From positions 169,119-233,118 of the forward strand of contig CAWAKC010000010.1 in NCBI GenBank assembly GCA_963782525.1: DNA of 64,000 nucleotides, written 5' to 3'. How positions within the stretch are numbered: position 1 is the stretch's first letter; the number at the start of each line of letters is the position of its first letter. The position numbers were made by a program, and so were the translations under genes. The notes under the pieces were generated by a model. That model searched no databases. It worked only from the letters and a program-made list of their open reading frames with translations, and was not told the origin of the DNA. Below are positions 21,130 through 29,992 of this stretch, one piece after another. This stretch comes from Candidatus Bathyarchaeota archaeon. Lineage in GTDB: Archaea; Thermoproteota; Bathyarchaeia; Bathyarchaeales; Bathycorpusculaceae.

Positions 21130-21567
21130 TTGTCAAAAAATAAATCAAAAGCTAAAGCTCCCTCCAAAAAACCCACTTCTACAATGCTTAATAAAAATCA
21201 AACCCGCGCGGCGCCAAAAAAAATGACCCCAGCCCAAACTAAACGGTTAAAAACAATTTTAGCAAAAATGCCACCTATCGAGAAAATAGATCCTGCAATG
21301 TATGCGAAGCTACAGTCAACGATTCATGATGTAGTAGTTAAAGCGTTGCCTGAATACCAGCAATGGGTGGGCGCAAACCTGGTAGCTGATGACTGTCCGA
21401 CACCCTTGTGTAGCTCATGCGGCAACGATTGCCCAACTCCGTTATGTAGTTCATGTGGAAATGACTGTCCGACGCCAATTAAAGACATTGATGATCTTGT
21501 CAATTCGGCTGTCGAAAAGGCAATGACCGCGGCAATTCGTCAAGCTTTGGAAAAACAATTCAAATAA
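21130..21567 (+). CDS. putative RiPP precursor or modified small protein with internal Cys-rich tandem core
   Basis: K-rich N-terminus, helical leader, core DCPTPLCSSCGN x2 + DCPTP (7 Cys), helical follower. Sits between two radical SAM genes. TTG at 21130 chosen by alignment with 23563 (ORF track start 21124). Confidence 0.8.
   Translation: MSKNKSKAKAPSKKPTSTMLNKNQTRAAPKKMTPAQTKRLKTILAKMPPIEKIDPAMYAKLQSTIHDVVVKALPEYQQWVGANLVADDCPTPLCSSCGNDCPTPLCSSCGNDCPTPIKDIDDLVNSAVEKAMTAAIRQALEKQFK
21391..21477 (+). repeat. 36-bp coding tandem repeat (2.4 units)
   Basis: Units 21391-21426, 21427-21462 and partial 21463-21477. Identical peptide; 10 of 12 codons differ synonymously between units 1 and 2. 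Confidence 0.95.
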
Positions 21568-21626
21568 AGATTATTTTCCAACCAGAAACACAAACGCTCA
21601 ATGAACAACAGTTAGCAAAATATTTC

Positions 21627-21709
21627 GCCTATTGCGCTATAACGCAATAGGTATTCTAAAAACCCCCTTCAGGCAAGACCAGGCAGGCTGGTCCTCTGCC
21701 TGAGTTTTT
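21627..21709 (+). terminator. two stem-loops downstream of the precursor gene, the second followed by a T-run
   Basis: cctattgcg-ctataa-cgcaatagg (21628-21651) and tcaggca.gaccag-gcagg-ctggtc...tgcctga (21669-21703) followed by gttttt. Confidence 0.6.
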
Positions 21710-21869
21710 AATCGTAAAAAACGCTTAATATTATTACAGAAAATTTGATAAATACACTAACTTCGGTTGCCTATCGTTCGATCAATGTTTTGTAATAATA
21801 GAACAAGATTAAATCTATGTGTAGCATATTTGGAAGTTCTCCCACAAACAATCTTAGAAAGGTTACAAA

Positions 21870-23459
21870 ATGCGTGTAATTCTTTGTATCCCTCCAGTTT
21901 CTTCGTTAGTTCCTTATCCTGCAATTCCATACTTAACAAGTAGTCTGAAGGCAAATAATCAAAAGGTTAGTACTTTTGATCTGAACATTAAGGCTTTTAA
22001 TTCAACTCTTTTTCGCATAGGCGTGGATATTAAGCCCGGAAAAATTTTACGTAACATTAATCCTGGCGTAAGCGCGAAATGGACCAAAGTTCCTGAGGCA
22101 AATATTTACTCGACCATGCGAGAGAGCAAAGAAATTTTCGAAGAAATTATGTCAGAAGAGGCGGCTGATCAATTAGGTTGTCCCCATTCAAACTTAAAGT
22201 CCAGATATACCATAACCACAGAAGTAAAACAGCAAATAATTTCGGATGTTTGGAAAACTTGTAACAATTGGTTATCGGAGCTTGCCAGTGATACCAAAGA
22301 ACAAAGTATTATAGGCTTCCATGTAATTAGTCAAACTGGATTGTTGTGGAGCATACTTCTTTCGCGAAAATTAAAGAAAATTCTTCCCAGGATTTTAACA
22401 GTCTTGGGAGGTCCGGCATTCCTCGCATGGGGCAAAGTTCTCTCTACCCATCCCGAAATTGACATAATAGTTCGAGGGGAAGGCGAGACAACAATCTCTG
22501 AAATAGCAAATTTCTATGACGGAAGCTTAGAATCAATAAAAGGAATCAACGGAATTTCATACCGAAACAGAGAAAATAAAATTATTACCGTTGCGGACCG
22601 CCCATTAATAAAATCTCTTAATGCTTTGCCTTTTCCCAATTATGATGATTTGCCATTAAAAGAATACCCTCAGAACAAGTTCGAGATGCCTATAATTCCA
22701 GTTGTCGGCTCTAGAGGATGCATTGGAAACTGCGTTTTTTGTGTTGAAAAACGCTTATGGGGGAACACCTATCGGATGCGTACACCTGAAAATATCTTAT
22801 CCGAATTCAAAAATATTAAAGAAAAATGTGGGCCTTCTTTTATTCGCTTCAACGACAGTTTAATTAATTGTAATATAAAGTCGCTAGAAACATTCTGCAA
22901 TTTATTGATTAAAGAGAATATCAGAATGCAGTGGATGGGTAATGCTCGAATCCGACCTGAGATGACCGATAAATTGCTTAAAAAAATGCACCAAGCAGGT
23001 TGTGTAGGATTATGGTATGGCATAGAATCTGGGTCTCAAAGAATATTGAATAAAATGAAAAAAGGGTATAATTTGGAAACGGCGAAACAAGTGATCCAAG
23101 ATACTGCAAGAAACTCCATTCGCGTTCTAATATTCATGATAGTGGATTTTCCGGGAGAAACACCACACGATTTTAAACAATCAGTTGACTTCTTACAGCA
23201 GAATCAAGTTAACATTGATCAAGTCAGCATTTCACGTTTCGGGATCTTGCATGATTCAGAAATATCTCTCAACCCACAAAAATATGGACTTAAAGTTACT
23301 GAGAAAAAAGTGGGCGTAAATTACAATTATACATATTCACCTAGACCCATAAGCAATCGATATGAAATCTTAGATTCTGCCTGGAAGCATTTGAGCATGC
23401 TAAAAACGGCGAACCACGTTAGAAGAAATCCTGTAAAAATAATCGTTCCTTATTTCTGA
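21870..23459 (+). CDS. cobalamin-dependent (class B) radical SAM enzyme
   Basis: B12-binding domain (PYLTSSLK, DLNI, VLGGP, RGEGE), SRGCIGNCVFC, GIESGSQRILNKMKK and FPGET. Confidence 0.92.
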   Translation: MRVILCIPPVSSLVPYPAIPYLTSSLKANNQKVSTFDLNIKAFNSTLFRIGVDIKPGKILRNINPGVSAKWTKVPEANIYSTMRESKEIFEEIMSEEAADQLGCPHSNLKSRYTITTEVKQQIISDVWKTCNNWLSELASDTKEQSIIGFHVISQTGLLWSILLSRKLKKILPRILTVLGGPAFLAWGKVLSTHPEIDIIVRGEGETTISEIANFYDGSLESIKGINGISYRNRENKIITVADRPLIKSLNALPFPNYDDLPLKEYPQNKFEMPIIPVVGSRGCIGNCVFCVEKRLWGNTYRMRTPENILSEFKNIKEKCGPSFIRFNDSLINCNIKSLETFCNLLIKENIRMQWMGNARIRPEMTDKLLKKMHQAGCVGLWYGIESGSQRILNKMKKGYNLETAKQVIQDTARNSIRVLIFMIVDFPGETPHDFKQSVDFLQQNQVNIDQVSISRFGILHDSEISLNPQKYGLKVTEKKVGVNYNYTYSPRPISNRYEILDSAWKHLSMLKTANHVRRNPVKIIVPYF

Positions 23460-23562
23460 ACAAGTTTATCGCCAGAGATGCCTTCTGGCTATGTCTTTAG
23501 TTTAGTTCACTAAACCCATAAATATTGTTTTGAGAGATCTTAAAGTAGAGCAGCGATTATTT

Positions 23563-24738
23563 TTGCCAAAAAACAAATCAGCAACTAAACCCCTCTCTAA
23601 AAAACCTGCAAAAACTGGTTCTAAGACAAAAACAAATGCAGCTGTTTCAAAGAAAAGACAAACCAAGAAGCAAAATGAAACCCCACAAACACCTTTAGAC
23701 AAAAATCAACCCTTTGCAAAATTGAACCCAGAAATATATGCGAAGCTTCAATCAACAATAGATGAACTCGTTATAGAAACCGTACCCAAGTACAATGAAT
23801 GGTTAAATTCTGCATTTAGCGAAAAAATTATAGTAGAGGATTCTTCCAAGGACGACCCTGCCTCCATCAAAGTAGGCGGGTCTGGTGCGAAAATTGATCA
23901 GATGGTAGTTACTGCTTTCACTAAAGTTATTAATGAGGCAATTAAGAAAGCTTTGGAAAAAAATGATCATTCGGGAATTATGGAAAAATGGTTCAAAAAG
24001 AAATTTTGTGATGACCTTTCTGACATTCGTCCTGAAAGCAGGAATTATTACAAGTATTGTGTAAATAATTTCGTTACAAATTTTTTTTCTAAAGACCGAA
24101 TATCGGGAAAGAAGATTCTCGACTTTGGATGTGGCCCAGGATACTATTCCGCGATTTTGGCCCAACGTGGATCATACGTAATTGGAATTGACAGAAGTGC
24201 GTTTCTAATTCACAAAGCAAACGAACTCAAACAAAAACTAGGACTTAAAAATGTAGATTTCATTCAAGGAGATTTTCTTGATTTTGCGGCAAATGTGATG
24301 CCTAAGGAGTTTGACTACATCATTGCAGTAGACACGATTGTGAGTTTTGACTATTCAAGACAAAAACATAACCATGAGGAATTTTCCCAAGCATTGAGCA
24401 GAATCAACAGAATTCTGAAAGATCGTGGCAGATTCTTTATTATTGAAGCGCATCCTTTTTTTGGTCAACTTGCTAAAGGAATAAAATTCTCAAGCGAAGG
24501 ACATTTTCACGGTCGTTTACCCAATTATAAAATAGAATATAAAGGTAAAAATAATCCTCACCATTGGTTTACTCTTAACGAAATAACCAGTGCTCTTAGT
24601 GAGAACTGCTTAGCAATTTGTAGGATTTATGAGCCCGATCCAAGCGTTGAATTAAAAAAAGAAAACGCCCAATTATTCAAATTTTTCCTAAAGTATCCCC
24701 ACATGATTGTATACGAAATATGCAAAGTAAGATCCTGA
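23563..24738 (+). CDS. class I SAM methyltransferase fused to a core-less copy of the precursor scaffold
   Basis: ILDFGCGPG, VIGIDRS, FIQGD, FDYII, ILKDRGRF and EAHPF motifs; the first ~133 aa align with the precursor 21130..21567. ORF track start 23530. Confidence 0.9.
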   Translation: MPKNKSATKPLSKKPAKTGSKTKTNAAVSKKRQTKKQNETPQTPLDKNQPFAKLNPEIYAKLQSTIDELVIETVPKYNEWLNSAFSEKIIVEDSSKDDPASIKVGGSGAKIDQMVVTAFTKVINEAIKKALEKNDHSGIMEKWFKKKFCDDLSDIRPESRNYYKYCVNNFVTNFFSKDRISGKKILDFGCGPGYYSAILAQRGSYVIGIDRSAFLIHKANELKQKLGLKNVDFIQGDFLDFAANVMPKEFDYIIAVDTIVSFDYSRQKHNHEEFSQALSRINRILKDRGRFFIIEAHPFFGQLAKGIKFSSEGHFHGRLPNYKIEYKGKNNPHHWFTLNEITSALSENCLAICRIYEPDPSVELKKENAQLFKFFLKYPHMIVYEICKVRS

Positions 24739-24928
24739 TTAATATGCCATCTAGTATTCATCATGAGTTTGCTCTTTTTTATTGCTTAAACTAACCTATC
24801 TTTTATCCACAAATCAATAAGTTACGGGTTAATTTCCGTTTGATTGACTAATATAAACTTTCAACAGCAACATATCCATAAATATAGTACCCAAAGATAT
24901 CCTAACTTAATATGTTTCTGCTGGAGTT

Positions 24929-26092
24929 TTGAAGAGGTGGACTGGGAGCAACATTTTTTTCCAGCTGCTCGTTTTATATATGCGATTGAGTATGTCGGTT
25001 TTCCTTTTTGACCAAGAAACGATAGGTATGATTCGCTACATTCTGGCACTTCGACGTTTTAAGGAGTATTCAGTTGGACCTCAAGGCTTAGATGAGTATC
25101 TTTGTGCCGTATCTTTCAATAGGGTGCTAATCCAGACGGGGCTAAAATTTTCCAAGTTTCAGAAAGATAATCCGGGAGATATCCGAGTGTATGAGGTTAT
25201 CCGTTTCTTAGAGCAGAAAAGCCACATAAATCCTCCAACGGCGCAGAAACTGAGAGAATACGTGGATTTTTATGACTCCCTGATGAATACCAATTGTCAA
25301 ACAGCTCCAATAAAGGCTAATTCTAAAGCTCAGGAAATCTTGCGGTTTCTCTGTATTGAAGCGGGCTTGGACCAAGATGAGGAACTCAAAAATAGGACAT
25401 TCGAGGACATAGCAACTCTTGCAACAAGGCAATCTGCTGCAAACCAGAATTACGAGAAGCTTGTTGAATCTGATTTTGACAATTTTGATAAACTCTACGA
25501 GAAGTGTCCGTCTTTGAAGCTGGAAATAGAAAAAAGATTAACGACCTCATTGCGGGGTGCACAAATATCGGGTTTCACTCCTAATACTGGTGGGATATGG
25601 CTGCCTTTTGTTACGCTTGAAACAAATGATAGTAGAGCACATATTGATAGGGCAAGTGTTGGAGTAATCTTTACGCCTCTTGATGTTAGGATAGGATTGA
25701 ATTTTGGTAGTCAGGCTCACAAGTTTAGGATGAGATATTATGGAATGCTTTTGAATGGGGAATTGATGAATGAGTTGGAGTTTCTTAACCGCAGAGATAC
25801 GGGATACTGTTTCTGTGACACTTTTTGGAATTATCATATAAGGAATTTGCAGTCTCTTCAATGGTGTCTTACTCTTTATGGCAGTACTAAGATTAGTATT
25901 GAAAACGCTATTGAAGAGACTAGACAGCTTGAGGGAACTTTTTTGACGGCAAACAAGTACTTAATTAGTAAAGTGATTAGGAGAAGTCGGGAAGATTTTG
26001 CTTATGTTTTAAACGGACTTGTTGATGAGATTTCTAAGACTTTAAATGAACTTTATCCAACAATAGAGCGTATTAACAAAGCTCAAGCCTGA
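24929..26092 (+). CDS. hypothetical protein
   Basis: 387-aa ORF (true start probably the internal ATG near 25028); no confident family. Confidence 0.6.
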   Translation: MKRWTGSNIFFQLLVLYMRLSMSVFLFDQETIGMIRYILALRRFKEYSVGPQGLDEYLCAVSFNRVLIQTGLKFSKFQKDNPGDIRVYEVIRFLEQKSHINPPTAQKLREYVDFYDSLMNTNCQTAPIKANSKAQEILRFLCIEAGLDQDEELKNRTFEDIATLATRQSAANQNYEKLVESDFDNFDKLYEKCPSLKLEIEKRLTTSLRGAQISGFTPNTGGIWLPFVTLETNDSRAHIDRASVGVIFTPLDVRIGLNFGSQAHKFRMRYYGMLLNGELMNELEFLNRRDTGYCFCDTFWNYHIRNLQSLQWCLTLYGSTKISIENAIEETRQLEGTFLTANKYLISKVIRRSREDFAYVLNGLVDEISKTLNELYPTIERINKAQA

Positions 26093-26128
26093 ACTCTTGG
26101 ACGTGGATCATAAGTTATTCTGAGTTAA

Positions 26129-26656
26129 TCACGGGATGTTTTGAAGAACCCAAATCAGAGTGTCTCTTTCAATTCTTCTCTTCTCGTTTGAGCGGTCGTT
26201 TGGAGTTTCCGCAATTAGAGTATTTAGTTGATTGAGCTTTTCATCGATTTTGCTTCTCAATTCTCCAAGGTTGACCTTTTCGTAAACCTCTCTTTCTGAC
26301 TTTTCGGGGTGATCAAAGTTGTTGTTTTCTGTTTTCTTTTCTATTTTTTCCGCAGATTTTTCTCGATTTCTGTTTGGTGTTTCGGGTATTAAGCTACCAA
26401 GTTTACTTGTTAAGTTGTTTAATGTGGCAGTTGTTATTCCTCTATCAGTTAAATTGTATTTTTTCGTGAACTTTTTGATTGTGCCTGAAATTCTGTCTGC
26501 TTCTTCTTTGTCATCTACTTTTATCAGGATTTTATTATGTGGGTAACCGAGTTGGTAGCCCGCGTTGTATCCTCTTTCCTCAAGAATTTTTACTATAAGT
26601 TGGGCAAGGTTTTCATCGTTCGGTTTAAAAACTTCATAGTCCTTCGGCATATTCAT
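26129..26656 (-). CDS. hypothetical protein
   Basis: 175-aa charged ORF. Confidence 0.55.
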   Translation of the reverse strand: MNMPKDYEVFKPNDENLAQLIVKILEERGYNAGYQLGYPHNKILIKVDDKEEADRISGTIKKFTKKYNLTDRGITTATLNNLTSKLGSLIPETPNRNREKSAEKIEKKTENNNFDHPEKSEREVYEKVNLGELRSKIDEKLNQLNTLIAETPNDRSNEKRRIERDTLIWVLQNIP

Positions 26657-26788
26657 TCACAACTTGCTTGTTTATTTCTAAGCTTTACGGATTTAAGATT
26701 TGTTAAAAACCCAAATTTGTTTTCTGAATTTATAAGAGCTAAACTTAAAATGTGAAGTATCTTAGCAGAGAACTTTTATCCATTTGTT

Positions 26789-27121
26789 TTATTTTGACCT
26801 ATAATCGCTAGAGATTGAGCTGTAGGGATTCTCTTTCTCTCTTCTCTCAGCAGTTTCTTTCATTTCTTCAACAACTTGACCTATACTTGCCATGGGCAAC
26901 ACGTCTCTAGAAACGATTGACCGGGATAATAGTTCAATTTTTTCATTAAGTGCGCTGACCTTAATCTCAAAAATCGTCAGGTCTTTATCTGTCACATAAA
27001 GTTCTACGATACAGTCTTTTGGGTGTTCTTCGGGAATTCCTCGGACAATGATTGCGTAATAATCATGTTTTCCCCTTGAAAAGAGGCTTCCAACTGAGTC
27101 AACGATTGTCCAGTTTAACAT
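26789..27121 (-). CDS. hypothetical protein
   Basis: 110-aa ORF with ATG start. Confidence 0.55.
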   Translation of the reverse strand: MLNWTIVDSVGSLFSRGKHDYYAIIVRGIPEEHPKDCIVELYVTDKDLTIFEIKVSALNEKIELLSRSIVSRDVLPMASIGQVVEEMKETAERREKENPYSSISSDYRSK

Positions 27122-27320
27122 TCAGATCATTATGTCTATTGTAATACCGGTCTTTTATTTTTAGTTAAACAGAAATTAACCGTATTCAAAATCTGGATTG
27201 AACGTTAACAGCAAATCAGACTTAAATGGCTTTATTTTCAGTAATGCAGGCAGCTACACCGTTTGTGGTAGTGTGACATTACACACAATAGTTTATGATT
27301 GAGTCTAAGGGCAGTTAAGT

Positions 27321-27698
27321 ATGCCTCGATCTTGTTCGGGGTCTACGAAGAATAGGCTGAAAATAATCATGATGCCCAGTTTATATCTGCTTAAGAAAAG
27401 TAGTGGTCGATCAGAATACTCAAAGAAAACGGAAGTTCAAGTGGTAGTGGTAGATCTGGACAAATCAAAGCAGTACCCCTTAAACTTTGTCTGCATTCTT
27501 CCTCAAGCAACAGCGTCGTTGGGAAAGCCAATACATATTTTCGGCAAGGTTTTTGGTGCAAGCAGCTTGGAAGTTGCCAATAAACTCTTGCATAGAGCTT
27601 TGAAAAAAGAAAAAGATGAAGACATCAGAAAAGAGCTCACTAAACGGTTGAGGGCACTTAAAACCTACTCTGACAGCCAAATTATGATTGCTAACTAA
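27321..27698 (+). CDS. hypothetical protein
   Basis: VVVVDLDKSKQYPLNFVCILP domain. Confidence 0.55.
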   Translation: MPRSCSGSTKNRLKIIMMPSLYLLKKSSGRSEYSKKTEVQVVVVDLDKSKQYPLNFVCILPQATASLGKPIHIFGKVFGASSLEVANKLLHRALKKEKDEDIRKELTKRLRALKTYSDSQIMIAN

Positions 27699-28070
27699 AA
27701 AATCCTGACTATTCTAACGCATATGAGAAAGCGAAGGAAAAAAACAAGCCTCTAGGAAATTCGTTTTTTCTTCTTCTAAATTTTTGAGATATTGCCAAAC
27801 TTGAAACATACCTTTTATGCCTTGCAGATAACTTTAAGAAGAAAAGATGACCTTCTCAGGCAGGCGAGGCGAACACTTCCCTTCTCAACTTGTCCTCTTG
27901 TCAGCGCTTAATTGCGCAAATAAAAAAGACTCTAAAAATGCCTCCTTAATTTCGCAAAAACATCAAGAATCCCATAAATTGATTTGGAGCAAGGCTGAAC
28001 CGAACCGGGTTTACCCCAAAATACGTGAAAGCCTTTTAAACAAAATTAGAAATGTGGAAATGTAGGTTTC

Positions 28071-28370
28071 CTATGGTTTGGTAAGCACGATTTCTATTGT
28101 TGAAACCATTCGTGATCTACTTTCGCCTTCTCTTGGCGGCATCTCTTCCGTTGCTATCTGGATTTTGCTAACTTTCAGGTCCTTTATGAAGCGATTTCTC
28201 GTTATTTCAGCGGCGTCAACTGCTGTAGTTATTGCCTGTCCTCTAGCTTTCAAAGTTATTTCTTTAGCGTTGCTTGCAGACAGACCTGTAATTATCGCTA
28301 GAACATAATCCATGGGCATTTTATTTCCGACGAAAACAATTCCCGATCTTTCAACCATTTCATTCACCAT
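28071..28370 (-). CDS. albA: archaeal chromatin/RNA-binding protein Alba
   Basis: VFVGNKMPMDYVLA, LKARGQAITTAVDAAE and VSTIEIVL. Confidence 0.95.
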   Translation of the reverse strand: MVNEMVERSGIVFVGNKMPMDYVLAIITGLSASNAKEITLKARGQAITTAVDAAEITRNRFIKDLKVSKIQIATEEMPPREGESRSRMVSTIEIVLTKP

Positions 28371-28622
28371 TATAAAGCATTACTGATCTATACATGCAAC
28401 CTTACTTATAAGCGATTAAATAGAATCTGAGAAAGAACTGAAATTAATTGTATAGGCATATTCTGACTTTTGCCTTTAGCTATTTAGTGAGCTGGAATCT
28501 TGAAATAGTGGATTCGAGGCTAAAACGATTTGAGTTACTGTGAGGGTTTTATGATATTATTTCTCGAAAGCTGAACTTTAATGAGTCAGCATTCTGCTAA
28601 TTAATGCAAGCGGTGAATAACT

Positions 28623-29010
28623 TTGAAGGCTGTTAATGAATCGCTAAGCGTCAGCATGAGAACTGCAGTCGGTTTGCTCGAGTTATTTCTTGTTGCAATT
28701 ATTCTTGCTTTCTTGACTACTTTTCAACGGGCACGACTGAAATGCGACTTCTATCGGTAGTCTTCATAACTCCAATCGCTATCTTGAGTGGAGTTTTCAT
28801 CTATTATTGCAGAAGAAAGAATGTTTGGAGTTAGCAGGAGCTTCAATTTTGGGGGCATTAGGAGTCATTCTCCGAGTAGCCGTTAGTACTCAACCGGGTC
28901 TTTAGGTAGGTGGTGGTCTGCCGGCGGGTGTCACTGCTCTATACATAGTTCTAGGTGCCCTTGTTTCAATGAAGAATTACGCGTCAAAGCTTGAATTAAG
29001 GAAAATATAG
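28623..29010 (+). pseudogene. degraded small membrane-protein gene
   Basis: Hydrophobic segments (GLLELFLVAIILAFL / LLSVVFITPIAILSGVFIYY / GASILGALGVILRV / GVTALYIVLGALV) split by two frameshifts and a TAG. Confidence 0.5.
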
Positions 29011-29042
29011 ACGACTAAAGGTTAGGCCAGAGTGTCCAGGCG

Positions 29043-29618
29043 TTGTCACACGCTCAAAGCAAAATGCCATTTACATTTGAGCGCCTGAATTTATATTCAG
29101 ATTTTATGACACAAATAGAATTTAAAGCAACAATTCAGATAAACGGATTAAATCCGTTCGTACTCGTAAGTAAGCAAAACGTTGAAGATTTGAAAAAAGG
29201 CTGGAAAAAACCCATGCCTGTATTCGCCCAAATTAATGGGGCTCCGGAAAAGCCGTGGAGGATTAATTTGATGCCTAAAGGTGACGGTAACTTTTACTTT
29301 TACCTTAATGGCACTATTCGGAAATCATCGGGCACGAAGGTCGGCGACGAAGTTTTGGTGCATTTGAGCTTTGATGAGTCATATCGAGGCGGACCAGCTT
29401 ATCTAATGCCGCCATGGTTCAGCGTTTCACTTTCAAAGAACATGAAAGCACAAGCTGCTTGGAATGCGCTTTCCGCAAGCCGGAAAAAAGAGATTCTTCG
29501 CTACTTTTCCTGGCTCAAGTCAGACGAAGCCCGCGAACGAAATGTTACGCGGGCACTTTTAGTTCTGTCGGGCAACGAAGGCAGGTTTATGGCTCGGACC
29601 CGGAAGAATGGCAAATAA
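29043..29618 (+). CDS. DUF1905 + YdeI/OmpD-associated (OmdA-like) protein
   Basis: GLNPFV, PVFAQING, LNGTIRK...VGDEV and AWNALSASRKKEILRY; likely start ATG 29106. Confidence 0.8.
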   Translation: MSHAQSKMPFTFERLNLYSDFMTQIEFKATIQINGLNPFVLVSKQNVEDLKKGWKKPMPVFAQINGAPEKPWRINLMPKGDGNFYFYLNGTIRKSSGTKVGDEVLVHLSFDESYRGGPAYLMPPWFSVSLSKNMKAQAAWNALSASRKKEILRYFSWLKSDEARERNVTRALLVLSGNEGRFMARTRKNGK

Positions 29619-29992
29619 AAGAAATAGCTGGACACTTTTCTATCATTGACAAAAAAATTTTGTTTAACAAAAAGAAACCGCCATAATATAGCGGTTTGCT
29701 TGGTTATTGGCCGTCCACGAGGTGAGCTGTGCCGTCTGGGCAGAATACTTTTTCGAATAGGGTGACTTTTGCAAAGCGACGTTGGCATTCGTGGAGTTGC
29801 CTTTCACATCCGTCACAATCACGGGATAACATTTTTTCATTTCGCCTACTAATATGACACCTGTCATAAGTTGCTTATACGCATTTCTAAACAGAATTCA
29901 AGGTTATATGATCTTACTCTTGATTCTCCAACCTTAGGTGAATCAATACGAGGAACACCAAATCCTCTTTTTTAAGAGGATTTTACCCTTTT

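Noticed and set aside
21391-21477. 36-bp periodicity as a CRISPR array, or the protein as a plain metallothionein
   Set aside because: Units are contiguous with no spacers and vary only at codon third positions. The position between two radical SAM genes and the scaffold shared with the MT argue for an enzyme substrate, although metal binding is not excluded.
21130-24738. Assignment to a known class (freyrasin/PapB CX3D, SCIFF, borosin, proteusin)
   Set aside because: The core has CxxD (CGND) rather than CX3D, there is no SCIFF C-terminal motif or NHLP/Nif11 leader, and the MT is a Rossmann class I enzyme rather than the borosin type.
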